Origin: Raillietiella orientalis
Lineage: Eukaryota
Assembly: GCA_036172245.1 (NCBI GenBank)
Contig: JAYWIR010000023.1
Span: 2,356,001-2,420,000, forward strand
Direction of reading: 5' to 3'
Length of the DNA stretch: 64,000 bases
The notes beneath the pieces are model-generated. The model was not told the origin of the DNA and searched no databases. It saw only the letters and a program-made list of their open reading frames with translations. Shown here piece after piece: positions 14,201-27,421 of this stretch. Numbering within the stretch: position 1 is the stretch's first letter; each line of letters starts with the position of its first letter. The position numbers and the translations under genes were made by a program.

Positions 14201-15092
14201 CTAGTCACATCCCCTTTTCCCGCTTGGATCCACGAAAGAACTTCAAAACAGCAACAGCAACAGGATTAGGATCGAACGCCATCGTGATCGAGGATGAAAA
14301 ACGGCGGTCGAATGTTTACGATCCTGGATTTTCCTTGGAAAGGGGGGGGCGCGGTGGAAGCGCACTCTGTGAGTTGAAAAGATGGACCCAAGCGAACTTG
14401 CTAAGTGCCTCTTCTGCCCGGATAGGTACCAGAGCCTGCAAGAACAGATCTGTTTGTCGTGCTGCTACTTTTTTCCTTTTACGAGAAATTTCTTGAAGAC
14501 TTGCATAGAGGCTCTGTCTTCATCTGTTTGGAATCCGGTAGTTCACATCTGGATGCCATCTGTGGCGGTAACCCGCTGATTTCTGACGTTCCAGCAGGAA
14601 TCAGTTCAAAAGATTTTCGCCAGACAGCCCCCGAAAGTTGCCCTTGGGTTCCGTTTATTTTATTTTATTTTTTTTCCTTTATTTTCTCCAGAGGATTTCC
14701 CGTGGTTCTCGTGAGGTTCAGCAGGCTGAGCCCTTTCCTGGTATCATCTTCATGTTATCCTCCCTCTCATACAAGGAAAAGTCTTCGCGGTTTTACTGAT
14801 CACTTGATTCTGAGAAATATGCGGTCTCTCTCTCTCTCTCTCTTTTTTTTTTTTACAAGATAAGAAAAGATGGCTGCACACGGGTTTCCCCACCGTCTCT
14901 AGCGACGGAGGCAGTCTTCGTCCCTACCAACTATTTCCGACTATAGCTCTCAGGATAAAGGAGAACCATTGCGTGAAGCAAAGATTTAAGAAACCTACCA
15001 GGAATTCACTATCTCGTCGAACGAGAATGCGACTGGCGTGATCTCGAGATTTCCTCCCGGAAGAGTTACGAACACAATTCTGTATCTTCCAG

Positions 15093-15959
15093 GTGGATCT
15101 GATGCATCTGTACCAAGAACCAAACTCCAGTGTGGTGAGCGTTGGCATAGACCTTCAAGATTTCTACCTCTCCGTCGAGTGGGACGTGATGAACGCAACC
15201 GCCCAGCGCTTCGAGAAGTTTTACCCTTGCTGCGAAGAGCCCTTCCCAGACATTAAGTTCAATCTGACCCTGAGGCGCAAGACCTTATTCTACACGATGA
15301 ATCTGATTGCGCCCTGCGTCGGCATCACCTTGCTGTCCGTGCTCGTGTTCTACCTGCCCGCCGACTCGGGCGAGAAGATCTCCCTGTCCATTTCCGTGCT
15401 TGTTTCCCTCAACGTCTTCTTCCTCCTGCTCATCGAAATTATCCCGGCCACGTCCATCACGATGTCCCTGCTAGGGAGATACTTGCTGTTTACCATGGTG
15501 CTTGTCACCTGCTCGTCCATGTGCACCATAGCGGTGCTCAACTTCAACTTCCGTTCGCCCAGTACGCATTGCATGGCATCCTGGGTGCGCACGGTGTTCA
15601 TTGATTTTCTCCCAAAGTTTCTAATGCTGAAGAAACCCAAGCAGGATGACAGCGATTCTGAGAACGAAGGATCGGAAATGCAGAGGGAACAAGATCCTCA
15701 TCTGGAGTGCCTGTTCCAGAAGCGCTCTAGCTGGGGTAGCAGCGCTCAGGCTAGCCGTTACGATTCAGGGCAATTCGACTCCCGTTTCGCTTACAGCACG
15801 GAGGACGAAGAAGTCCTAGAAGACGAAATTCCCAAGCAGTTGCCGAATCCTCTAACGTTTTCGACTGAACTCTCTACGAATTCCCCAGAACTAGACAGAG
15901 CTATCCTGGGAATTCACTTTATCACTCAGCACATTCAGAACGAAAATCGGTTTTCCACG
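15093..15959 (+). CDS. nAChRalpha1: nAChR gene 1 large exon: loop F insertion, loop C with vicinal cysteines (YPCC), TM1-TM3 and intracellular loop
   Basis: ttccag|GTG GAT...TCC ACG|gtaagg; 867 nt in frame; [10 protein letters not shown] defines an alpha subunit; [17 protein letters not shown] and [11 protein letters not shown] motifs. Confidence 0.95.
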
Positions 15960-17636
15960 GTAAGGTCACAAAGTGCTGAACAGCCTCCTCATGGGATACT
16001 GAATCCTTCCACAAGTTTTTTCTCTAACCATCTGCCGTCTAGGCACACTCTTCACTCTCCAAATGAAGGAGAGGTTAACTATTTCGGAAAGCAAAAGAGT
16101 CCTTCTAAGACTTTCGATTTCGCGACCGAAACCTCTATTTTGTTTCTTTTTTTAATACAAAATCCGCATGCCTTTATCGGTGGGATGACTGAAGGACACC
16201 TGTAGGCGTTCCGACTGTAGTGTGAGAGCAAAGAGGCAACAGCCAACAACTTTTGAACCCGAGGTTGGTGTCGTGCCTCTAGACTTCTCCTGAGATGTGG
16301 TCTGCTGTGGCTGAATGGCCCACAACATCGGAATTCGTGCTGCCCTAAATGGGTGGCAATGTTCCGCAAGCTAGAGCAATCCGTCGGGAAGAAGCGCTGC
16401 TTGCGAATTGGAGACCGGAATTTCGGGAACGGGCCGTGGCACAGACACACACCAGCCACCCACATGCTCGTTACTGAATTCAATGACGACGATGAGTTTG
16501 CGGAAATCTTTTTGCGGTCGCTCGCCACCTTACCTCGCCGTGAACGGACTTTTTTTTTACCAACTGTCATGTCTTTGGATCTGCTGACCATAGTGCCAAG
16601 TGTAACCATATAGCATTCGCGTGACCCAAGTTCCGGAGTGTTTCACGGGACAGGAGCCCACAGTGGACACTTTTCGGAACTGCTGAAGCCTTCCTTGCGA
16701 GAACTTCAGTGGTTTCGAAAAGTACTAAGCAGCTGGCGATGTCTCTTGCCGATCGCATTGGGCTACAAAGAAACAACTGAGGCAGTGATGGAAAATTGCC
16801 GTCAGGAATGTCATGTCATGAATTCCACTTGGTATTTCATCACGATGCTAAGCCAGCATCATGATGCCACTTGCGCGTAGCTGCAGCAACTACGGTAAAA
16901 CTTGACAGATAGTCGCGCCTTCACGTTCCTTCATTGAATGTTTTCACGGTGGCCATTGTCACGAAAGTGTGAATGACTGAGTGGTCGCTTGAAAACTGAC
17001 GAAAGTTCACCGGAAACCATGGAGAAGCATGTAGAACACAGAACACACAAGTATATTTGCCATTCTCATTCTTGAAAAGATAACCCTTTAGTACAGAAGA
17101 CCGCTTCTCAGGTTTTGATGACGGTGAAGACACGTTTCCAAGATATTCCGGCATCTCCATTTTGCAGATACGTTTAGATAAAGGAGGCTGCACACTGGAT
17201 CGTAGTACTCACGCCTCCACCCACTTATGAGCGTCTGAAGTTTGGGAGGGTTTTCACTTTGCTGCGATCTCCGTTGATAGGCAAAGAAAAACAAGCCGAG
17301 CGATATGCTGAATCTTCGGTGGAATTCATGTTACCAGAAGCGTTCCATGCCCTTCTTTGTGAAGGTGTTTGCATTCGTGTCGCAGTCAAGAAATGCCTTC
17401 TTGACTGCGACAAACCCACATTTGGTCCTCCCCCTCACAGTGGAAGGCATTTCCACTGTGAGAGGAAAGTAATTTGTTTCAAGGAGAAAACGCGATTTCT
17501 CCTGCCAATCTCGGTCTCGAAGATGGAAGCTACAGCTGGGATTTTGTTGTCGAATAAGTCCGGTGGAGAAACCGTTCCTCTTACTGAGGAGTTTTGCAGG
17601 AGGACGAGACTGCCGTCACGCGTCCCTCAGAGTATC

Positions 17637-17706
17637 GATCTGCGAAATTCCCGTGAATAAACACTGCACAGGATCTGCGAAATTCCCGTAAATAAACACC
17701 CACGAG
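17637..17706. repeat. Two-copy 35-bp tandem duplication (gatctgcgaaattcccgt.aataaacac...)
   Basis: Read directly from the sequence; copies start at 17637 and 17672. Confidence 0.85.
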
Positions 17707-17822
17707 GTCCAGAAACTAGCACGAATCCTTTGGGTCGAGGGAACTCGAGTCTTTTGGGTTATTCGCGCAACACACAAATCCAGATCGGGCATCCGGTGGA
17801 GTGTTTTGGTGTAGTTTGCAGA

Positions 17823-17844
17823 ACACACACACACACACACACAC
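17823..17844. repeat. (AC)11 microsatellite
   Basis: Read directly from the sequence. Confidence 0.95.
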
Positions 17845-20648
17845 GCAAAGCCAGCGCTTCCGCAATTCGGTGCACTCATTGGAGGAGCACTTCATCGCGA
17901 GTTACATTCGCATTCATCCGTTCCGTAGAAGAGCAAGAACGTCTCTCCCGTGTTTGCTCAAGCGAGCTGCTTTAGTTCTTATCCGCTCGAAGTACAGTGT
18001 AACTTCACAGTTCTCCATCTTCGTACTTTTCGGATTGGATTAATTTCGGATTTCATTCTAAATTGTGATTCACTGATATCAAGGAAGGAAACTTTCAAAG
18101 TAATGGGATGGTCCTAAGGTTTCCACTCCATTTAACCGAAGGTGCAGTTCTTAGGCATTCCAGTTTTCAGTTTGGTAATTCGAATTTCGCTTTGACTTTT
18201 TTACCTGGTCCATTAAGTCGTGGATGCTCCTTTCTTTGATCCAGTGACCCATTCCATCGCCACATGAATGGTATGTGCACTAATCTTAAACGTACTTGCT
18301 GGATGAATGAAAATCAGCATGTAATCGCTTATCGTCTACCCCTTCGTGTTTTTCCTTCTATTCTTCTTGGCGTTTGAATTCAGGTCTGCTTTTCTGATTA
18401 TAGGGAACGAGAGAGCATGCAGCCATTTTTGCTTTGCACGCTTTATCAGATTTGTTTCTCAGTGCTCGTTGCTTCAGCTTGTACATAAGGGTACACAAAT
18501 GAAGGACGGAAATGGCTCTACTTAGGAATGTTTGCTTTTTCAAAGAGATGGAACCCGAAGATACCAGGAATGCATACACAAACAAGATGCAAAACCAGGA
18601 TGACAATGAGCTTATCAAGGCTGAAGTTTTTTAGACAAGAGGGAAGACGAGCTGCTCCTAAAGTGACCAGCATGTGTACAAGCTTCTATGCTCTACGGGA
18701 AAATCAAGGAACTCAAAATGTGCAATTGGAAGAGCTGGAGGCGTGATGTACAGACAAACCGGAAAAAAAAAAATAAATAACGATGCTAACAGATGCTTCC
18801 AAGTATCTTACGCTGACACGAGCACAATATTGCCTTCATGCCATATTTTGTGTTTCTTCAGTGCAGATGATGCCGTGTTTTGCATGAGTTGCAAACGAAT
18901 GGAAATCGCTCAGCAGACACACTGCAGCAAGCAAAAAATAAAAGAGAATGGAACAAAGGCGAGAAGGTACAAGAAGATCGAATAGATGCTCCGCGGAGTA
19001 ATGTAACCGAAAATCCGATGATTTCTTCGAGGTCCTATGAAGGAAAATCGGATCGCTGAAGTGCTGCGTGTTCTATGAAAAGCTTGAAGAATCCTCAGCA
19101 CGGTCCCTGGTCCCTCAAACGAAGACAGCAGCATCATGCAGTAGTTTGAGTTTGCGCCTTGCAGATTAAAAATTTGTGTTTTTTTGCTTTCGAAAAACAC
19201 GATTTCGCGACCCAGATGAATGTTACCTGACCTACCGACGGTCGTAGATCTCTTTGAAGACATGGAAGTGTGTGTCCTAAGAGAGCATGATCAAAAAACT
19301 AAGGTGTCTGAGTGCACAGTGTCTGAGTACACGAAGCAGTGCAAAATCCTAAAAAATATCTATATTCAATTCCGAAACAATTTTCTGGATACTAATTAAA
19401 TGATCTGCATGCTACACACAAGATGTGCTGCCTTTCCTTTTTATCTATCTTGTACCAATGTGTCTGTGTGCGCGCGTTTTTTCATTTCTTAATCTGTTAA
19501 CTGCTGTGCTTTCTGAATGTCCTTATATTGTGTCCTAATGTCACTTATCGTGTGCGAAGCATCATGAGTGATAATAGTCTTTGTTACATGTGCAAATAGT
19601 GTATGTGCAAATGTACCATCTGATAACGCGTGCAATTAGAGTCAAGTCGTCTTCCATGTCTTCATGGACGACGCAAAAGAAATGCAGCGTCCATGATACT
19701 CTCAGGGGCTTCCCTAAGAAAAGACTTACAAATCAAGACTTTACTCCACCATCTGCCACGTCCATGTGACATTTTTACTTTTAATTTTCTTGTCCTCATG
19801 TGTTGAATCCATGGGTCTGCTTCTTTGGTTGGCATCATATAGATGGTTGGTTGGAATACTCTCGTGGGTTTTTATAACTCCACTTGGTTGTTACTACCCC
19901 CGTCATCAATCTCAGATGGAATCCGCTCACAGAGACGTTTCTAGTCAAAAATTCCGTTTTGGCCAGCAGCACATTTCACGTGCGTTCCAGCAGCGTCGAA
20001 AATATTTTGTCCCATGTCATCGGAGACTCCGTTCTCCTTTGAGACCTTGGCAGCTGCTTTGCTGCCTTCGTATATCACAACACATCCAAAATCCTGATGC
20101 GTGCATAATATGCGGCATTAGGAGCTGTGCCAAATGATTATGCAGCATCTGTGCTATGCTAAATCTTTAACAAGATCAAATCAGGAAGGTGTTGGCACAT
20201 TTGTTGTGAATTTCAAGTCACAGTGGCGCTCCGTAAGCCAAAAAAGGAAAAAACAACAACCACAACCACCTCAGGTTCCGTGTTGTGAGAAGCAGGCTTT
20301 GAAAGATTCCTACGTCTCAGTCCGAAGTTTCACTGCAGCAAAAATGGCAGACGCAATCTCCAGGCCAAGTGGAGGCCAAGTTCCTTTTCGGACACGCGTT
20401 TTAGAACCATGTAGCTATCAAGTTGATTGCCGATTTTGTAGCTCCGGAACAGAGGTGTGCACCGAGCGCTATTTGGCAGAGAAATTTGCACACCTTTCAC
20501 ATTTGCTCCCCTGCCGAAGTGGGTGGTGCCTCAGTCAGGGATATCCTTCATCTTTTCCAGTCCCAAGCAAATACTTCTTTATGAAATGCTTTAAGGGGAA
20601 ACTAAGCAACCGTATAAGGATGCTAACAGAACTGTCTTGTGCTTTCAG

Positions 20649-20843
20649 ATAGAGGAAGATTGGAAGTATGTTGCAATGGTTCTAGATCGCCTTTTCTTGT
20701 GGATTTTCGCCTTGGCGTGTGTCGTTGGCACTGCCAGTGTCATACTGGAAGCTCCAACTCTGTGGGATAAAAGGAGGCCCATTGATGTTCAAATGTCGAA
20801 ATTTGCGCAAAGGCGGTTCAACAGAAATCCAACGGTGCTTTGA
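20649..20843 (+). CDS. nAChRalpha1: nAChR gene 1 terminal exon, TM4 ([20 protein letters not shown]...) to stop
   Basis: tttcag|ATA GAG GAA GAT TGG; canonical [18 protein letters not shown] at 20841-20843. Confidence 0.95.
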   Translation: MEEDWKYVAMVLDRLFLWIFALACVVGTASVILEAPTLWDKRRPIDVQMSKFAQRRFNRNPTVL

Positions 20844-21102
20844 GTTAGTTGTCTTCCTCTGAAATGCCAACCTGGACATCGGACGGAGCGCTGTCCTTTT
20901 TTCAAGTCAAAGTATGGAAATTTTTCAGGAGTGCAGCTTGTTCACTTTACAAAGCCAATCAAAGACGGATGACTATAAACTACTCTGAGGAAATGACGCT
21001 GGGATATCTCTGCCATTTATTATGGGCCCTGTCCATTAAGTGCTCTTGCGGAAAAGCACAACCTTTTGTTTCATTTTTCTCTGTGAACCAGTGCTGTGAT
21101 CT

Positions 21103-21108
21103 AATAAA
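21103..21108 (+). promoter_or_regulatory. Candidate polyadenylation signal of nAChR gene 1
   Basis: AATAAA about 260 nt after the stop codon. Confidence 0.55.
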
Positions 21109-21417
21109 GAAGTAAATATTTGACCATTTGTAAACCTTGTACTACGTTCCAACGGTTTACAGACATTCGAAAATAAGAGATATGAAAAGAGTTTACGTGT
21201 CTCCAATTATTAACACTGTTTCCAGAAAGGGGTATCGAATGACTGTCCCTCTGCTTCTAGGGAGACTGACCCAACCAACGTTTCTTTCCCACTAGAGCAG
21301 TTCACACGACCCGAAAACGGGCAACAACACCTTAGCTGAAAAAACTGGGGCCTTAAAGGAGGGGGGAGGGGGGAGGGAGAAACGTTGTCAAATGTTGCGG
21401 TTTACATAAAATGCATG

Positions 21418-21423
21418 TTTATT
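21418..21423 (-). promoter_or_regulatory. Candidate polyadenylation signal of TERT
   Basis: TTTATT on + (AATAAA on -) about 37 nt past the TERT stop codon. Confidence 0.55.
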
Positions 21424-21459
21424 GAACACCTAAATGCTTACTTAGAATCACATGATCAG

Positions 21460-21937
21460 TTAAGTGTACATTAAGAGGAAAGGTGCTGGTATGCTTCTGC
21501 TTATAGATCTGAAAAGTACGTGCCTTCTTTGCACACTGATCCTGCGTTTCGAAGATATCACCAGATGCTTTAATCCTTTCGTCATTTTCCCATATGTGGC
21601 TTTGTGAGCAGCTAATTTTCTGTACCAAGCCGAATATGCCAACAAGCGCATTTCCTCCGTTGTGAAACACAGTTTCAAAGAGTAATTCTTGGAGTGATAC
21701 TTCACGCGATTGATTATGTAGTTTACATTGTCCATGGCTACATAAAGGAGAAACCCCGAATTGAGATGCAAAGGAGCAGTCAGCACGTTTTTCGCGAGAC
21801 TGTGGAAGCGAAATGCAGCCATGAGAGAGAACTCGAAGAAGTTGCGCGAGATGACTGCTTCGCTATTGAAGGAAGGATCGAAAAATATGGGATTGAGCCT
21901 GACGTTAGCCACTGTTCGCATCTTCTTTAGCAAAAAC
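21460..21937 (-). CDS. TERT: TERT coding exon 3: C-terminal extension (thumb)
   Basis: Acceptor tgctttag|G; FLLKKMRTVANVRLNPIFFDPSFNS...AAFRFHS resembles the TERT CTE (P..FD...NS and A.RFH motifs); TAA at 21462-21460. Confidence 0.85.
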
Positions 21938-21998
21938 CTAAAGCAATTCAGGCAAAAGAAGCAGAAATTAGACACAATCTCTTCAGGCATTCTCATAC

Positions 21999-22244
21999 AT
22001 GCCAGGATCACTACGCAACTCCGTGCTCAGGGTTCTTATCACAGACTGACCTTCATAAATGCCATAGTCTACCGAAACAGACAAGTCTTCCAGGCTGATT
22101 TTGAAACCAAAAAAGGAAGCCGATTCTGCTGAGGAACAACAGCTTCCAGGCTGGCAAAGAGAACTCTTCACATTAGTCCTCGTCTTGTCAGAGTTGATAT
22201 AGCAATTGAAATCTTCAAAGCCGCCCTCCATTCTTTGCAGAAAT
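21999..22244 (-). CDS. TERT: TERT coding exon 2: RT motifs D and E (FLQRMEGGFEDFNCYINSDKT; SFFGFKI)
   Basis: Acceptor tctttcag|A completes the phase-2 Arg codon from exon 1. Donor AT|gtatga opens a 61-nt intron (21998-21938, ctaat branch-like site, ttag end) that restores the frame into exon 3. Confidence 0.88.
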
Positions 22245-25200
22245 CTGAAAGACAAGAGATAATGAATTCAATCAATAGGTTTCCAAGGTGCTAAAAACGC
22301 TGCACGTGCATAAGAGAACGGAATACTCGTGCGAGAAGTCTTACTGAGGTTATTTGAGGTGAATAGAAATGTTTGCTCATTTTCGCCGCCCAGGACTGAG
22401 AGGTTTCCGAAAGAATCTTTTATCACAAAACCGATGCTTTCCTCACGATCGATCCAACGTGCAGAAATAATTTCCGGATCATCGTAGTTTCTCTCTCTCT
22501 CTCTCTCTCGAACAGATAACAACGAACGGGGATCAGTGGCTGAGAGAACCATCCGCGGTCACCATTTGCAACATCTCAAATCGGCGATCTTTCCGAAGAA
22601 CTTTTGATTTTAAATCCACTCCTGTACGTCCTTTGAATACATTTTTCCCTCCTGAGGAAGAGGAAAAGGACATGAAAGTGTGCTCTCGCTTTAGCAGTCA
22701 ACTCGGATGAGTTCTAGTCCTACGTGAATCTCGTCTCTGTTGTTTGAGAGTAATGCTTTTATTCGTACACGAAAAAAGGTGAATTTATTTCTCTTCCGTT
22801 TTTCTAATGCTTTGGAAAAAAAATGCTTATCACGAGAAGAGAATCTTATCTTTATTTCCAGAGCAGAAATTAATTTCACCCGATACATCGGCCATCGTAA
22901 TTATCCATATGTCATGAACTATCTTCATAGCAGCTTAGGAAATGAAACCCTTTGATTATGAGGTTTTTTGTTGAACTCCCGCATAAAAGCGCAGATGTAT
23001 ATGTGCACAGACACTATTGCGCACAAATGTGCAGATGACACGTATGTATTAGCCAAAAGCTCAGACCCAAATATATTACAAGCATAATTAGGCTGATTTC
23101 ACAGGCCGTTTAGATCATTCGTATCTCTTGGTGATCGCGCGGCATCCAACGCAAGTTGAGCAGGTTATCAAAAGGCTCTCAAAAGCTCAAAAATTCTTAT
23201 GCTATGAATCCTGACGCCTCCAAGTTGATTCGAACTCGTACAGGAAAATTCCAAATTTATTGGATGAGTTATTGCCTCTTCTTTCAGGAGCGACACCCAC
23301 GGTCACACTGGGCGGAAGGCAGGATCGGAGGCAAGCACTTATGTGCCAAGGGATTATCCACGTAACGAAATCACCTCCCATTAGAAACGGACGTGGAACA
23401 CCCTTCGCTTTGATATGCAGTCCCTCTTTCCCCATGCGGGATTCACAGACTCCTGAGAATAACCATCTTTTTGATTTTGAATCCGTCCCCCCTGAATCGG
23501 ATCCTCAAGGTGGGAGACCTCCAACAGAAATGGATTTGTCATCGGATGCTTTTTTGTTTTTTTGTTTTCTTAACGCGTAGCAGAAGTCAGCTCCACTCAA
23601 CCATAATATGTATCATGTGCGTATCTCATTAACATATTAGCAGATGACATAAGAGCGAGCTAGCAAGAATCATTACTTTTTCCGTCCTTTCATTTATTAG
23701 CTGCTTTCTGCCCATGCTCTGGTGAGCCGCCCTTCTGCCGCTTGAACAGGGACACGTTTGTGGTTAGGAGATAAAAGGCATGAGAAGACGGAGCTATCGG
23801 AAAGGAAGATTTCCAAAGCCTGCGAGACTTGATATTTTCCATCTTTCTCGTCCTCTTTAGTAAGTGAAAACAGCATTCGGGACGAAGAAAGGAAAAACGG
23901 GTCTTCTATGCCGATTAATGTGCAGGGTCCCTTCAAAATTTTGGTCCAGATCGAAAACGTTCCGTAGCTTTCCGTCGATTCCAAGCACCTTAGTGGTGAT
24001 AAATGATCACAGTTCTTGTGTTTCCAAATCACTACAAACATCTGCTTTATATTTTTTTCTTTTTTTTCCAACAAATTGTTTAAACGGCAGCACATTCAAT
24101 ATTACGACAGATTAAATTAAGACGACCGAAAGTGATTGGCTTTTTCTTCGAATGAAATCAATTTTCCCATCAACCGCTGCACCTTTCACTCCGTTAAAAA
24201 CTTCAAGCTGATCAAAATTATACGCCAATTTTAATTTGTCATTCACAACCTGGGTTCTGTGAGCCAGGAATAGTCGAGGGTCCCATTGCATCACTCTTAG
24301 GAGAACTTCACTCATGTGTTACGAGACTTAAATGGAACAGCCATATGCGTGACGACTCGAGCAGGAACTTTGCTGCACAAGGCGAATGTAATTCGAAAAG
24401 AACTAACGTTTAATCAGTTCAAGCAGATAATTGGTGATTATTCACCGATTTCCAGTTGTTTCTCATCAAACCCTCGGAATCATGAAGTCCTGAAGCGTAA
24501 ACGGAGCCGAGAAACCATGACTTTTCAAATCCGTCACGCAGGCAGCCATTGCATAACTGCTGTAAATCTCACAGCACTACGATGGAAGCTGAGAACAAGA
24601 TTGCATTTCATCCATGATCATCATCATCATCTTTACTAGCCATCTGAAGCGGCGCTTGCACACGGATGTTCACCGTACGTTTCTGAACAGTGCCTGCATG
24701 TGCGATGCTTAATACCGCCGTACACAGAACTCCTGAACTTTATGGGTAGAGAAAAAAATCTCTCCGGAATTACTTCCAACCGGAAGGAAGGAAGCATACA
24801 CGGATGAGGATCACCACTGCGATTTGTCTGCTTGAGCAAACTCAACCTGCAAGTTTGTTTCGCACAATTCCACCGAGTTGATCTTCCCGTTGGTGGAGGC
24901 TTTTTTCTATCAGCAAAGAGATTCGGCAGCTTCGCTTCAAGAGCAGCGAACGGATAAGGGGTAAGAGAAAACCTTTCCCTTTCTCTTGGAACAGTCGAGA
25001 GAAGGAACAACACGGATCGTCAACTCTACTGATCGAGAGACGTGCTCCGGAAGCATCTCGCAGATGAAGGACGTCTATGTGGCGACCACCAAACACTTAC
25101 CAGTTTTATCAAACTCTTCCATGTGTTTTTGTTTCATTCTGTATTCGATCTGGAGGTGCTCTTAAAAGCCAACCTCGAATCTGAACATTCGCAATAACCG

Positions 25201-27421
25201 TTCCCAAATCCCAAGAACACATACTCGGATGCACACACATAAACTATAGGGAAAACAAGTCCGTGCTATACATGCAGTTTGTTTACATGGAAAAAGGTGT
25301 ACCTTAATCAGTAATGCACAATGGCAGGAGCAAGAAAGTACATCGATGTTTTAAAATTCCGAGAAGAGAGCGTCGAATTTCACGGATTTGAACAGATCTT
25401 TTAAATCGAACCCGCGGAACCAAAAACATAAAGCGGTCGCTCCATAAGAGGAAAGTAAAGATTCCTCTTAAAGAGGGAAGGTTGATGATTGTACATTAAG
25501 GGAATCGTTTCTGAAAGTGTTCCCCGTTGTCCCAGAGAGCAAATGAGTCCACGTGAGCAACACTTGCAGAGGCTCTTTGTTTCGAACTGTTGCACAGAGT
25601 AAGCGGCCAATGATTAGTGGAACACTATCTACGGCTGTTTGGAGAGTCCTGCGATTAATGTAATTTCATCTGCTCAGGAACTGCAGCGATGGAGGGTATC
25701 ACTGCTTCACTTTTGACGAAGCTTGAAAACATTTCTACAAATCTATTTTACCTCATGACAGATTTTTTTTCATTTTTTGACACTTGGAAGAATCCTTTCC
25801 TGTCGTTGTGTCAGAGGTGTTCAAGATAAAACGTATTCTCGGACATTCTTAGATTCCAAGTTTTGGAACGTGAGTGAAAGAACCAAGGCATTTAGGTAAA
25901 TCAAACAGGAATTAAAAATCAAACGTCAATTAATGCTGAAGCTGGAAACTTTATTCTGCTAGAAATGTAACTACATATGGAAGCCCACGTACAAGAACTA
26001 ACAGGTATGTTGATCACAAAACGCGAAATTAAAAGAACAAATTAGGGAACGAAGTATTTAAACTTCGTTCCCTAATTTGTTCTTTTACTTTCAAAAAAAA
26101 AAAAAAACATGCACTGGAAATCACATTTCTTCTAACTTTGTATGGAAGGACACAAATTTCCTGGTTCCCGTGTCCGCGTACACCGTAGAAAAATGGCATG
26201 ACTTGGCACAATTCAGAGTCACGTGTTCGAAGAAGCTACAAGGCGTGCGTGGTAATTAAATTGTGCAAAAACCCACGACGAAAATGACACGAGCAATCAA
26301 CTGCTTGGCAGACACAAAGATGACCTGCGAAGATAAAATCACTTGGAAAGATAACACGGCACCAAGACAGAAGGCAGACAGTTTTAGGCAGAGAACCTCC
26401 CCGGTTACACTCTTAATCAAAAGATCAATATGGGGTTGTGTGCTCGCTCTCTGGATTTAAAAGTTACTGAAGCTGTGGTTCTGTACGTATGTAGAACAAG
26501 GCTAAATCTCGCATCCAGATTCCTTGTCTAGCCGGTTCTTGATATTTTAGCTCAAAAATGCATAGATACACATACTTGTGTGTGTGCGTGCATGATGAAG
26601 TGTTATACATGTAGCTCTACGTTATACATGTATGTTTGCAAACAGTTGCTCCTAAAATGTATTGGCACATCCATGAGAAATGGAAAGCATTGTAACGAGG
26701 CGAAAGAACAGATAAGTTCCCGGAAATATCGTCTTCGACATATTAAAAAAAGGGGGGGGGGGGGAAGTTTCATTCTTTGAACTTCCAGAGACAGAAAATG
26801 ATCCAAAAGGATGGTTCAAAACCCTGGAAAGCAAAGGCTAATGCTGAGCAAGTGTCCGGCACAAAATCGAGGAATGCATGAACGGATCGAAATTTTCGTG
26901 TTTTTTCTCGAATTGCTTCTCAAGTCCGTTCTCCGCTTTTCCTGATTCTCCAAAGCACACACCATCGGTCGATTTCAACTTTGGCTTACAAAACCGAACC
27001 GACAGTCCTTAAAGACCTCTCCCGCGAATATTCACAAGCCATCACAAATCGCTGACTGAGGCTGCTCCGGGACGATCTTCCCAGCATCTATAGTTTCCGG
27101 TACTCGTGAAAAGAGCTCTGTTTCAGTGACAGCGGTTTCCCCTGCTGAATCCGATTTTTCAACGGAGTCCAACGCACTCCAAGGGAACTTCCACTCGTAG
27201 ATCATGCCGTATTTCAGAGAAAGAGAGCGACGGATTCCATAGAAAAAGAAGGTGGGCCCGCATTTCGAGGTAAGGGTTCCGAGACGTACTTTGCCCGTCT
27301 TTCTAAGAAACGGTGTGGTGTCCATTTGCACCGTGCGTTGCGGGTCGAAACAACAGCGAATGATAGCACCTTGGCCGAAGAGGTCATCCACACAAAGTTA
27401 CCACCAATAACATCCTCCTAC

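Noticed and set aside
15960..16205. ORF-track extensions past splice donors (also 35902-36129 and 59731-59868)
   Set aside because: Intronic read-through; homology stops at the canonical GT donors.
21938..21998. Apparent frameshift or pseudogenisation between the two C-terminal TERT ORFs
   Set aside because: A 61-nt GT-AG intron with a branch-like ctaat joins them in frame (DPGM|FLLKK).
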